Source: Klebsormidium nitens (Eukaryota > Plantae > Klebsormidiophyceae). From it: DNA of 64,000 nucleotides. Position numbers and translations under genes: made by a program. Below the pieces are notes generated by a model, which was not told the DNA's origin, searched no databases, and saw nothing but the letters and a program-made list of their open reading frames with translations. The DNA lies in the NCBI GenBank assembly GCA_000708835.1, contig DF237308.1:30158-94157 (forward strand). Reading direction: 5' to 3'. Positions 35,564 to 48,691 of this stretch are shown here, one piece after another. Every line of letters starts with the position of its first letter. Within the stretch, counting starts at the first letter, position 1.

Positions 35564-38500
35564 ATGGCTAGCGCACACTGCCTGTTGGCGCAGAAATGCA
35601 CGCTTGGTAGTCCAGCATTGGTGCATCATCTTCCAGGGGCAAGCAACAGACTTGAAAGCAGCTGCAACCCTGATCTGTTTGTCAGTGCTGCACATGCTCC
35701 TCATGGACACCCCGAGTTGCGACGAAGGGCGGCAGGGCTTGATGGCGCACATGCGGGTAAGATTGTAGCAGTCCACAGAGTCAGCAGATCTTGGTTTACC
35801 GTGTGTTCATTGTCATTTGTCATTGAACTTCAGTTTCAGGTATCATCGTCTGCCTCCAGCAACGCAGTGCTTCCAGGTGGCGCTTTTGGTGCGGTCTTTA
35901 GCCTGCTGTGAGTAACATTATGTAAGTGCCTGTGGCAGCGGGAGGGTCCCATGCCGCACGCTGTCGAGCTATTTCAGGATTTTCAATCTCAGTTCGGAAA
36001 CATTGCTGCAGGTTGCCATTCAAATCTCCGGTTGGTAAATTCCGCACGAATACGGCATTGGCGGCGGGCGTCCTCAAAACGAGAAGGGGGCCTCGGGACG
36101 GAGGAAAAGGAACGAGAAAAGGATAACAAGAAGGCCGCCGAAAATGGCGCTTCCTCGGGGGAGCGAGAGAACGGGCTGCCTCCAGGCCCGCTGGCGGACA
36201 TCGCGCAGGCAGCGGAGAGCGTAACGGAAGCCGCCACCGAGGTGCTTCATGAGGTGGAGCTAGCGACGGAGAGTCTGCAGTCGTTGATCGAGGAAGTGCC
36301 AGCACCGGTGGCGCCAATATCAGAGCAGAAGACAGCGCTGATAACCGTGGCATTCTGGGTGAGCATCACGGAACTTTTTCTGCGCAGGGAAACAGTGGTG
36401 CGGATGTCGGATGGCTGGCGCCAGAAGGCACAGCTGATTTGAGGAGGGGAGCGCTTGGCCTTCTGCTCGTTTTTGTGTCCAGATTGTAACCATTCTGGGT
36501 ATTGCTTCTGGACCTTCCAGCTGCCTGCAGTTCTTTGGCAGTCTCAAGCACACAGAATAGATTGAGAAGTTGCCGAGTCCAGCGAAGTCTTCCAAAAATC
36601 GCTTCCCACAAGTCTCATATTGCCACTACCTTGCCACAAAGGGCAGGGTCGAGTGCGAGATATCACAAGGACTGCAGCTCAAAAAGTCTCTCTGCTCACG
36701 TGACTAGTCGTCGCTACTTTGCAACATTTTGAGGGTCACAAATGGCAGGCACAGGGTGGAACGCGGTACTGATGCTTTTTGTCTCCGTAGGTTGCTGCGG
36801 CCGCTGTGTTTGGAGCTGGAGTGGGCATCGTGCAAGGGCCTGGCAAGGCATCCGAATACTTTGCGGGGTGAGCTGGGGGCCAGTGAGAACACTGAAACGA
36901 GAGGGTCGAGTGGCATCATCAGCAGTATGTGCGTCCTTCCCTTGGTTCAAACGTTTTGTGGCAGCTGCGCCAGTTTGTGTTGCTGACGTGGAAAGCTGGA
37001 CGGCTAAACAATGTTTTACCTTGATTGCTGCTCACATCGTCTTGTCCTTGCAGGTACATCCTTGAGCAGAGCCTTTCGGTGGATAACTTGTTTGTCTTCG
37101 TGCTCATATTCAAATACTTCCAAGTGCCATTGGATTACCAGGTGGGTCTGCAACCGATGCTACGACTTCGTACGCCATCTCAGCTCTCGCCCAACAACTC
37201 TTCTTCCGAAAAGCCCTTTGTTTCTTCACAGCGATCGGTTGGCCTGACCCACAAGTCTACGTAACTTCAATGTCACCTCGCTTTTCAATCTGAAATGATC
37301 TGTCGAGCCTTCATCACAAGCAAGACCGTCCGGTCCTGCATGCTGCTCTTTCAGCAGTTCGCTGACGACACTTTGCCCGTCGAGCATCATTAAGTGACTT
37401 TCGGCTTCCTTGTGTGTTGCAGAACCGCGTGCTGAGTTGGGGTATTGCAGGGGCGGTTGTCTTCCGGGCCCTTCTTATTGGACTGGGTGCGGCAACCGTG
37501 CAAGTAAGATGACCGGTCCTGGAGGGGCGATGCGCAGGGTGTCTTTGCATGGCCCCAGTCCTCGTTCAACTTCCAGATCGTCCAGAACAAGGTCGAGAGC
37601 AACCGCTTACCTGTAGTGCGACGATCAGACATTCCATCGACTGCGAACGCTTTTGGTAGGAGAGAGATGCTCTTACGCTAATCTGAGCCAATGTTTTACT
37701 TAGATCGCGTAGGCTTTCTCACCATCTCTCCGCCTTGCAGGAGTTCACCGCTGTCAACCTGGTGTTTGCCGGCATCCTTCTCTTCTCCTCCTTCAAGCTG
37801 CTGCAAGGCGACGATGATGAGGATGAAGATCTGTCCGATAACTACATCGTCAAAACGTGCTCCAAGCTCATCAACTCCACGGGTGAGCCGCTCGCTGACC
37901 TGCCAAAAGCAATATGGATCTGTTGGCCGGAGAGTCGACGAATCGAGCGTTCAAAAGGCTTGCTTGCAAACATTGGCGATCTTGCGACGCGCATGCCAAG
38001 TGCAGCTTATGCCCGATCGGGATGCCACGTCTGCGCACAGGTCGTATATCCAGGCAGAATGAAGCAGCCTCGGCGACTGGATGCTATCAGACTTCGCCTT
38101 CGTAGCCAGATTGATGATTCTGTCGCTGGATTGCGGGTAGACGGCTGCAAAGAGCGAACTTCGACGGAAAGGGCACATCAGTTTCCCACTGAAGCAATTT
38201 CTCGCCGCAGATTACTATGACGGGAACAACTTCTTCACTGTGGTGGACGGTGTCAAAAGGGTGAATGTCCATCAAGATCTTTCCGTGTAACCTGATCTTC
38301 GTCCCATCTGAAAATGCACCCCACCTCCATGCGCCTTTTTGAGATAGCTTCTCCTCTGCAAAGGGTCTCCGCTCAATCGGCTTTGGATGCATCCTGATTG
38401 CTTCTGAGTGTGACTGCTCTGCACGCGTCCTTGGGATCACACCGTCTCCCAGCCTTGGCAGAAGAGCTACATACTCATCCGCTGACTTTCTGCGTCCAGG

Positions 38501-39641
38501 CTACCCCGTTGCTGCTGACGTTAGCCGTCGTCGAATTGAGTGACATCGCCTTCGCGGTAAGGAGCCGGCCACACAAGGAGAGCATCAAACACCCGGGCCG
38601 TCTGTTCGGAGACCCTGTGCTTGTGTTGAGTTGAGTTAAGTTAAGTCTTTCTGCAATGGGTCCCGTTCGCCTCTTGGTCAACCACGGAAAGTCGGTCTGT
38701 GTGCAACTTGTCAGCCTGAGCTTCTTGTCCCATCACCGATTCTCCGGTATCCTGAGACATTCGCCATGCTCCGTCGTTGGGCCGCAGGTCGATTCCATTC
38801 CCGCCGTCTTCGGAGTCACCCACGACCCCTTCATCGTCTTCAGCTCCAACATCTTCGCCATCATCTGTAAGTCGCTGGGCCACCTTTTCTTCTGAGAGCC
38901 CATTCAGAATCTCTCACATGGCAAGCACTAACTCGTCTTGTAGTGGACAATGAGTTTGAGCTTACAGAACTCTGTGCAACGCCTTCATCTTGTGTAGGGG
39001 AGTGAGCACGGTTGTTGTACGGCGTTCTTTCCAGTACCGGGCATGCGACAGTGATATCCCGCTTCAACAAAGACGAAGAGCAGCAGCGTACGAGAATACT
39101 CTTGCCTTTGCAGCCACGCTTACACCGCCAAGGATCACAATGGTCGCCGCTCCATACAAGCTAGTTTCCGACCAGTGTTTCTGACGCTGCATTGTTATCC
39201 TCGGCAGGCCTGCGGTCCTTGTACACGCTGGTGGCGGGAGTGATGAAGGACCTCCGGTTTCTCCAGCCGTCCATCGCCATCGTCTTGGGCTTCGTTGGGG
39301 CCAAGCTGATCGCGGAGTTCGCTGGTGAGCAGTCTTCTGGTCTGCCAGAGAGTGGCTTTTGCGGGGTTGATTACGTTTCTCTGATGCGAGAAGTTATGGT
39401 CTAAAGATATCACAAGTGACGTCTCTGTCGTTAGATCCGAACTCACGAGTCCGAAGATTCTGAGAAGCTTTGCAAGAAGGCGCAGGAGAGCCGTACTTAG
39501 ACTTTGCTCGATGCTTACCTGTTGTCATTTATTCGTGCAGGCCTTCAAGTGCCCACCGAAAGCTCGCTCGCCGTTGTGATTGGAGTGCTGGGCAGTGGCA
39601 TCTTCCTAAGTTTGAAGTTCCCAGAGGAGAAAGAAGATTGA
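35564..39641 (+). CDS. TERC: Plastid (thylakoid) TerC family membrane protein
   Basis: Transit-peptide-like MASAHC... start; [93 protein letters not shown], LRSLY; ends LKFPEEKED* (TGA 39639-39641). Start inferred from phase matching of donor 35757 with acceptor 36011. Confidence 0.93.
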
Positions 39642-40099
39642 AGAACGCGCCAAGCTAGTGACAATCAGGTTCTTCGTTCTCGATTGCACGCACTCAGTAG
39701 TGACAGGAATCCCCTTTCGTTGAAGGTCCGTATGCAACGGATCTTGTAAGATACTACCATCAGTGGATGAAAATTTGTCATGAAAGGACGCTTGCGAGGG
39801 TTAAAGAGGGCACTGTACAAGGTCCTTCTGCTAAATTGCATTTGAAGTATTGATCGGCAAGATTTAGAGCCGTTTGCTTGATTGCTGGAAACAACCTTGC
39901 TGAGTTGCTTAAAGTGGCTCATGTAATCTCGCCACATATCTTGTCCGGAAGATTGAGGTCGTCGATTGAAGGGAGCGTCAGTGGTAAAGGTAGACCAATT
40001 CTGCACTTGATAACAGTCGTTGGTTCTCAAGCTCGAGTAGCCGAACTCGCATCATACGTTTATAACACCTAGTAAAGAACACACAGCAATTGAAGCACA

Positions 40100-40950
40100 A
40101 GAGTTAACGTTTCGACTTCCAGGCTTGGCATGCATGTGCGAATCCGAGATGCATGAGGGTTTAGAGGCTTGCTATGTACGGTACATGCAAGAGCGCATGT
40201 TAATTCAAGGCTATATCAACCCGCGATTGATATAATCCTCAAACGGGGTGACCCTGCATCCCTAACGGCCGGTCGCATTCATTGGACGGTGATGGCAAGT
40301 TTGAGTCTTAGCTACACGATTCAGCTGGTTAGAGACTCACCAAATTATAACTCAACGGCATCGATCGGAATTCTGTTGGATCATTCCAGTCGATCGACCG
40401 CGACGGCCGCGCCGGCTGATTGCGACACTGAATGAATGCATGCTCCGGGCCCTGGGCCCGGCACCATGATGTTTGCATACATAATGCAATCATACGTCAG
40501 TCAGTCCCACATGCCACATGCAGTGTATGCGACTCATGCAGCCAGCTTAGTATAGGCCGGCTGCGCTTGCATAATGAAGAGTTCAATTCTTCGAAAGACT
40601 TGACTGCATCCGGACCGCAACCAGTAACGATCTTGACTCTATTATTATTTTGTGTCATTGAACTGTATACCGTCTTTTGCAAGTGGCCGGAGCGACGTTG
40701 AAGATACGATTGCATCTGCGCCTCTCTCCCTCGTTAATTGTACGCGTTCTCTGTGGCCGCGCTTCCAAATGGCCATGCCTATTATATGCCACTAGCTTAC
40801 CCTATTTTGCATATAAATGTACAACCTTCAGTAAATCCACATGATCACGTAATGTTCAGGCCGGATAACACGCATGCTTTGTAGCCATTTCTCCCACGTA
40901 CCGCACCTTTAGTTGATTGCCCTCATATCCCATGTTTTTACCTTCGTTCC
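40100..40950. other. Degenerate CATG/TGCA-rich intergenic tract between convergent TerC and ODA1 3' ends
   Basis: Hand count in 40121-40200: CATG 5 and TGCA 3 in 80 nt; no credible ORF. Confidence 0.45.
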
Positions 40951-41106
40951 CTGATTAGTCTGCAGCAAGCTGGAATGAAGCTTGATGCATCCGATAAACT
41001 GTCCAACACGAAGCACTTATGCGGAGAGCTTGATTCCACGAGACCTGGCTTGACAGAGTTATTCCAACTTACTTTTCGAGCATGCCATAAACAAATCGAC
41101 GGGCGG

Positions 41107-44100
41107 TCACGTGTCCTCGGCGGCGGCGGGCGGCGCTTTCCGCATGGCGCTCGCCCGCCCCGTCGTCTCCGGTTTCCGGAAGCGGGTCGCCGCGTACGAC
41201 TTGGCTTGCCCCTCGCGCTTGCCCAGGCTCTTGAGCGTCTTCACCCGCAGCTCGTCGCGCGTCATCGGCCGCTCCTCCATCTCCTCCTCGTCGCTCTCGG
41301 ACTAAACAACGCGAAAGAAACGAGTCAACGGGGTTCAAGATGTGTATTGCCAGGCATCGAGGCCCCAATGCGGTGCTTCGAATCTTCTTCCGTGTACAGA
41401 AGCACGAAACAGTAGCAGTCACAAGTACACAAGGCGCACAATTCTACAACCGCTTCCGATTCGCACCCCACTGGTTACAGCTGCTCTTTAGCATGCTCAC
41501 AACTTTCGAGGAAGCCGAACCCACACAACAGAAACTTCTACCAGCAAGGACGACGTTTCTTCGACCCTGAAATACTGGACTTCTGACACTCGGAAGACCT
41601 TCTGGCCCCCTCACTTCGGTTTGCATGTCGTCAGTAGTCGACGGCGGCTCGATGGCGATGGTGGTGGCCCCCGCGGGCGTCTGCGGGCCTTGCCCCAGGA
41701 TGCTGCCAATGGTCCCCAGCACGCCGTCCAGCCCGCCGCCGCCGTGGCCGCCGCTCTGGCTCGCCGCGTACAGCTGCAGAATCTCGTTCGTGCGCTGCTC
41801 GATGATGCCCAGGTACTGCAGAGAAAAGAGGAGATGGGTAAGCAGTCAGCGGGGAGGAAGGAAGGAGCGTGCTTTGGACCGCTGGAAAGTGAGCTTTACG
41901 CTTGGCCTTTTGTAAGCGTTCAGCATCAGGTCAATCTACGCTGTACTTTTGTAACGTTTGCCACAAGCTGGGTAGTTCTGTTTTTGAGGTTCCCTTTTTG
42001 AGGGAGACTGGTTCTCAACGACGTCTGCAACTCGGTTAAGCAGCAAAAGTTGGATCGGCGACCATCCTATGCCGCCATTCAATCCCAGCATCTGAAGCTT
42101 CTGCTTGAGCCGGTGCTTGTCGGCCTCGACAACCGGGAACCTTTACGACGGCCGTGCTGCCTGCGCGCCTAGGCGGAACAGCTTCGTTCCGTGACATGAA
42201 AGCCCGTGTTCCCTGCTATAAGCACTCGACTCATGAGAAATTGGGCGGGGCCCAAAGAAAAGAAAACAGAAAAAAAAAACTGCCTGTTACCTGCATCATG
42301 TTGGACTCGGTGACGCCGGCGTCGCCGAGGAGCTCTTTGACGGCGGGCGTGGCGCAGCCGATCTTGGTGAAGATGTTTTGGATGCCCACTTTGAGCGCGT
42401 TCATCGTCTTCTGCGCCACCGCGTGCTTGCCCTCGTACACCTCCGCCTTCGCCTCCGTGCGCACCAGCCGGTCCTCCAGCTCCTGGCAGCCGGAACGGAC
42501 GGACACCGGAACGTCAGAAAAGCTGCTAAAGTCTGGACGAGAGACTCAATGATCGAGCGTCTTGCTTGAAACGGGAGTACAGTGATGCAAACGCAGCAGT
42601 ACTTCTTAAGTGAAAGTAATCTTTTGAGCCACTTTTGCTTTCTGGGCTCCTTACTCGAAAAGAGCGGTGTCCTGGCTGCAAGCATGAGCAACGGGCCGTG
42701 TTGAGCACTCTGTTTACAGAGACTGTCAGGGCTTCGTTATCCCGAGGTTCAGAAAGCCCTGGCATTCGCCAAGGTCTTGAAGGCAACCGACATGTTGCTT
42801 GCGAGATTTTGAGAAAGACCGGTAACAGCGTGAAAGGCTAAGCGGTTTTGCGCCTCGCACGGCGCGTTGTGCCACATCTTACCTTGAGTATTTTCTTGCG
42901 CTGGTTGTCGGTGTTGACGCCCTGCCCCTTGTACTTTTCAATCTCCGCCTTGATGTCCGCAATCTGCTCCTCCAGCTTCTCGATCTCCTGCACCACGCCA
43001 CACACGCGGAGCCTGCTCAACAAGCAGATGGACACGAGTGCGCGAGCGGCCATTCCCAGGCGCTGGTAAGGTGATTGAGAACCAGTAGCACAAGTGTCAG
43101 TATTACTCAAAGGCTTAGTCGTAACCTGGAAGCAAAACCTCAAGACCGTCCCGCATTGTTCAGTAGCTTCGGCAGACTCTGCGGACATCGACGCGGCCTC
43201 CCTGCCTCAAGAGACTCGGCCTTCGAGAAGTGGCGCTTCTTCACAGTTGCCCCGAGCACCGGCAAGCATGCCCTCCAAGCTCAAACACTGCACAGCCACC
43301 TCGCTTCACTCCACAAGTATCCATAGCCCCTTCGACAATGGCCCCGTTTCACGCGGGCGCACCTGGTTGAGCTCGTTGACGTAGTTGAAGAGGCTGAAGT
43401 TCTGGTCCTCCGCGTTGATGAAGGTGGTGACCAGCTCGTCGATGTCGGTGATCCCGGTCGCCTCCTGGATCTTGGCGAACGCCTCGCCGTAGCTCTGCAC
43501 CTTCTCCAGCGACACCGCCTGCGCCACCTTGTCCTTCGCGATGTTCCAGTTGCCGCGGATCACCTGCGCCGATGGCGCGTCTATCACGCTGTGGTCACTG
43601 GGTGCAGCCCCGGGAGCAGCAGAACCCGGCACACTGGTTCCTCTTTGCAACTTTTCGGCACGCGAAAAGACAAACCCACACAGATCGTATCTTGTCCTAG
43701 CGTCAGCAAATGAGCGGTGGCCGGTGCGTTCGTTTGAACGCCGTCTGAACAATGTCTCATCCGGAGCTGGCACTAAGAATACTTGATCCTAGAGCCCATC
43801 TAAAGACACTGCTCACAGTTGTCGACCTGCTCACCTTTTTCTTGAGCTTCTGCTCCTCTTCCACGGACATGTCGCCCTTCTTCTCCGGCTCGGGCGGGGC
43901 CGTCTTCTCGCGGCTCTTCATCATGTCCTTCATCTGCGGCAATCAGAGGGCGAGCACTCGTTAGAGGAGCACGACAGACAAAGCGACCGTGCTTTAGAGC
44001 CCTGCCAAGCGATGCGGCAGTCAGACCAGGCTCCTGTCTGGATCTGCGGTACGTGGTTCCTGTGGATCACGTGTGCTTTTACTGTGTGCTTTTCTCCTGT

Positions 44101-47100
44101 CCTTAACCAGCCGGCTTCTGGCAGCGCTGTGCGACGCTCTGGTGCCTGTCTCCGGGACAGTGACCATGGCTGCTCACGGGTGCAAGGCGGCCCACCTGAT
44201 GGCGGCGGCGATCCATGCTTGCCCGTCTCTTGTTTTCAGGCGCTTCAACAACACGTGACGACTCTCGTCGCGGATGTGCCGCAAGCGGCTCTTCAGCCCA
44301 TCCAAAGGACCCACTCTATCTACTCCGGGTCCTTTTACAACTTTTCTTGCTACTCTTCGCGGGCGTGGCGCACCGGGCGGCCTCACCCGGCGGTCGTGCT
44401 CGATGAGCTTGCCGAGCTCCTTCCACTCCGCCTCGAACGCCGCCTGCTCCTTGTCCGCCTGCGCCTTGAGCGCCGCCATCTCGTTCACCGCCGCGTCGCG
44501 CGACTCGTACCTGCAGGCCGGATCACACGATTATCCGGTACTCCGCTCATGTCTGCATCCTCGCCTCGTTTCGATACACGGCCCCAGCTCTGCCCAGACA
44601 CGGCATCGCAGAACTCTTCAGGGGCCATAGCAATTCTTGAGCGGACTTGAACGAGATCTGCAGGATTCACTGGAAATGTTCTAGACCGGGATTGGCAAAC
44701 GCCTCAGGAAACATAGCCAAGTTCTTTGGGTATGCCGGTGGTACCCAGACCCCAGGACGTCTTCTCCTGTCACCTCTGTCTATCCGCTCTTGTTCGAACG
44801 TCAGAAAATCTACGTGTCCCCAGAAGGCGGGGCTACGTGGAGCCACTCACGCGAGGTTTGAGATTTCGATGATGTGCGCCATCTCGCGCTTCTTCTCCTG
44901 CAACTCCCGCTCCAACTTTTTGTAGATCTGCACAAACAGCAACTGTGCTCAGTTCCTGATAATCACACGTATTTGAAGGGTTTAACGTTCGCAAGGCTAC
45001 TCCGTCCACTTTTAAGGACCCGATCCTAGCTCCTGCGTATCCAAACACCAGTTTCTAGTACAGGTAATCTAGTCAATACGTAGCGGACCGCTAGTCAGCG
45101 ACGCGGTAGTTTTCTGACCTGGTCAAACACAAGGCGCTCCCGCCGCAGGTTGTCAATGTTTTCCCGGAGGGCCTTGTTGTGCGCCACCGCCTCGTTGTAC
45201 TTCACCAGAGCCTGCCGCGAAGAAAGGATGGGCCGTCAGTATGTTAAAATCTGTGAATTTCCCAGGTAAGTGCTTGCAGAATCAGCAGCGCAGCAAGAGC
45301 TTGAATTCAAGTTTTGTGTCAAGACACATTTCAAAGCACGAAGAACGGCAACTCTCGTTACTAACTTACAGTACGATAGAGAGGAAATGATTGTCTTAGG
45401 AACTGGAGTAGCTTCTAGCAAGAAAAGCTACTCCGTTCACAATGATTTCTGTATCCGCTCGTGGACATTGTCTCGATTGCTTGCTTTAGGAGCGCAATAG
45501 CATATTTACACGGCCTTGCAAGCTTATCATCTCTTCTCAGGGAGATCCGCGGTCTCATCGCGAGGCTTAGTCCCCCGAAGCAGAAACGCGCTGGATCTTT
45601 ACCTTGTCGAGCCTGTTCTCCAGTATCTTGATCTGCTTGCTGATTTGCGCATTATTCTCCTTTGCAGCGTTGACTCCCCCCATTTTCTTTCTCTGCTCCA
45701 TGATCTGGAAAGGAGGAGCAGGCAAGCAGTTTGAGTACTGCAGAGAATCGCAATTGTTGAACACTGCCTGAATGGCACATAAGGTATCTAACGACGATCA
45801 CGTCGATCCACCGACTGTCTGCTCTGGTTTCCACTACCATATCCTCTTGCCCGGCCTGTTTACGGCGGAAGGGTACTTCACGGCGGAACTAAATCAGTCC
45901 CCCTAAGCACAAGCTTCTCAACCTAAACACAACTCGATGAATAATGGCCTGCTCGCTGCCTGCGGCTCTTGCTTTCCTGATTGTTCTGGAATGAACAAAC
46001 ATACTCGTCGTTTCTTTCAGAGGCCCCTGTCTCAAGAGGAAAAAGGCCAGACTCTACCTTGACAGACTACGTCTACCAAGCTTCGATCATTGGAATGAAT
46101 GACAGAGGCCGTTCGTCCCCCACCTTGGCGTTCATCTGCTGAATCTGCTTGTCCAGCTCCGCCACTCGCCGCTTCTCCAGCTCAATTTTGCGTGTAAACA
46201 TGTCCGCCTGGTGGAAATCAAGAGTACGTTACGAGGCAGGGAAACAAATCCATTGACCGATTAAGCATTCCTGATCTGGAGGCCTCTCGGAATGTCCTCC
46301 GGCTTTGGGGACTGAGCGGACTTGGCAAACCCAGCCTATTGCTGTTCCTTCACGTACGTTACATCCAGACATTAGCTCGACAAGTGGACTGCTATTAGCA
46401 GTATAAGCGTCACACAGGCCCCACTTTGAAATAGGCCGCAGAAAAACGTCTGCCTTCTGCCAGGCATGTGGACGTTCTTCTGAGTCTTCGCACCAAGATT
46501 CTGAAGCGCCGAGAGCCCAGACCAACGGGTAGAAGACTTGGATGCCACACTTTTCACGGATTTGCTGCTTGAGCGTGAGTGGTGGGCCCAACTTACCTGG
46601 TCCTGCAGTTTCGCAATCTGGGCGGTCGCGCTGTGCGTAGCGGCCGTTGATGTAAACCGATTTTCCTGCTGGTGGCTGTCCTCCTTTGCCTGCACAATGC
46701 ACATGCTCCCACCGGTGGTTAAACCCCCCACCCAGCACAGACACCGCAGCAGCACGTGGGACACTGTACTGGTGGCAGCATTGCTCGACCATGCACTTTA
46801 TCAGATAAAAGGCTTCCGGAGTTTGCACCGGCAATGAGATTTTCGTGAGGCGCATGGCAGACTCACCAGCTGGCTTTTTGGGCGCCCCTCTCCGGGAAGC
46901 ATCCTGCAAGTCCAGTACAGGATAACGTGAAAAAAGAAACAGCTCCATGTTGCACAGTGATGCTCTACAAATAACTCAGAAGAGACTGCGAAAGTGCCAA
47001 GCGACCGTTGAAAGGGAAGTCTCCTATTTGTAGCTGCCGAGGAGAAACGTGCAAAATCAAGCAGTTGTCCATTCCGATTGTACGATCGAAAAAAGGTACA

Positions 47101-47370
47101 GTTGTCCCTGAACTAAGTTCGACTCAAAAGACAATGCTGCCACACAGCTCCCCAAATATGCCGCTAGCTATCAGCTTTGCCCTCAAGGGACCATGCTGCT
47201 CTAGCTCAAGGGAGCAGCGCGGCGCACCTGGCCTTGCTTGGAGTTGGCGATATAGCTTCTGGGGACTTGCTTCCTTTGGGCGTGTTCACCGACACTTTCC
47301 GGAGCATCATGGAAGGGGACTCGAGGCCGCCGGGGCTGCCGGGGGTGGACAACGCACCCTCCGCAGCCAT
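41107..47370 (-). CDS. ODA1: Outer dynein arm docking complex subunit DC2 (ODA1/CCDC114/ODAD1 family)
   Basis: Exons give ENRF...AQIAKLQDQ ADMFTRKIELEKRR, MGGVNAAKENNAQISKQIKILENRLDK ALVKYNEAVAHNKALRENIDNLRRERLVF, EMAALKAQADKEQAAFEAEWKEL, YGEAFAKIQEATGITDIDELVTTFINAEDQNFSLFNYVNELN, VTESNMMQYLGIIEQRTNEIL, EERPMTRDEL. Start model 47370-47228, 46903-46867, then the AKEDSHQQ exon; stop TGA 41107-41109. Confidence 0.94.
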
Positions 47371-48144
47371 TTTCAAAGCCGCACCCCTGATGACGTCCCC
47401 AGTAATGCACCCAAAGAAGGAGAGGGGTGGCGCATCAGGCTGGTAGGAAGCTGCGTCAGCTTGCTAAGCGCTTTGCTGCATTCCTCTTTCTGCACTTTTT
47501 GGTATCTCTATTGGGTTCTTTATTTCAGCAATTGACAGGCTCAACATTGCAGACCTCCCCCCTGGATGAATTGGAGCACCTGTTGTTAAAGCTTGAACCC
47601 TTACTGCCTGCGACTGCGATTATGGGCTACTTGACTTTTAATACAGGATGATTACTCGGCCAATGATGCGCGTGCTAATCACCCTTGGGCCACATGTTCC
47701 GCATCACATTACAACGTCATCAAGCCCTAAAGCTCTGGTCTTCCTGCTTTCGCATAAAAGCTGCATTTCAACAAGCTTCACTTCCTAAATCTGCTACTGC
47801 CATGCAGTGCTTGCATGCTTACGCGCAACCGTGCAGCCATGCAATGAGCTGAACCTCCAGAAAGCTCAAGATGTACCAGTACTTGGCATTTGCCTGCTTA
47901 CACTTTATAGGCTTCTTCCTTGAAGTGCTGGCGACTTTCGGTGGCTGATCTACCTACATACTCAATGCTAGCTGTACATACCAGGTATAATATGATACCT
48001 ACAGTAATTCAAGCTGGACAACCGCTACCCTGGGGTGTGCGTCTAGCTTTGCCAAATTTGAAACCGTCTTCTTGATACATTTCGAGGAGGCACTCTGCGC
48101 GCACGTTTCCGGATACTCGCGCGCGGCTCTGAAGGCTTTAATCC

Positions 48145-48163
48145 AAACCCTAAAACCCTAAAC
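48145..48163 (+). promoter_or_regulatory. Tandem telo-box (AAACCCTA)2 in the divergent ODA1/CWZF promoter region
   Basis: aaaccctaaaaccctaaac seen directly. The telo-box is an established plant promoter element; a function here is inferred. Confidence 0.6.
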
Positions 48164-48691
48164 ACTATTATTAGTTTTTAATTCTAGGGCCAAGGAAATA
48201 ACATTTTGCGGGGGCGCCGCCGTAGAACACGTATTCGTCGAACGGCCTACTCCTGTGATCCCCGGGCTTGTTGATCGACGACGATAGCTGAACAAATTTC
48301 CCAACATCGATCTGGAAGCGATTCGCCAATGATTGGACAATGGCGCTGAGTTTTCCGGCCTTGCATGAGCCTGAGGCTGCAGGCTGGCAAACCCCATTGC
48401 CATTGGCATCAGGGCACCAACTTGCGCTTCGCCAGCACAGCAGCACGGCAAGGGATGTGACGGTGACGAATGTTCTGTTCACAGGGTGAAGAATCTGAAG
48501 TCTGGGCATGTCTTTGCTCTAGCATTGCAGGAAGCTCCTCAGCAGTGCATGGCATTGAGCAGCGTGCTCGTGCAACATGAAAGCTGAGCTGCTTTTGATC
48601 AATCACAAGCTCTGAGCAATTCTTCAGGATGCTTGGGGTCGCGGTTCATTCTGGTCTTTGACATGACGCTGTGACACGTAGCTCAAGTGCG

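Noticed and set aside
47986-48179. Telomerase RNA gene idea (TATAATAT, GGGGTGTG, then a CCCTAAAACCCTAAAC template-like run)
   Set aside because: No recognisable USE, spacing atypical, and a T5 run right after the template would end Pol III transcription before any pseudoknot. A telo-box is the simpler reading.
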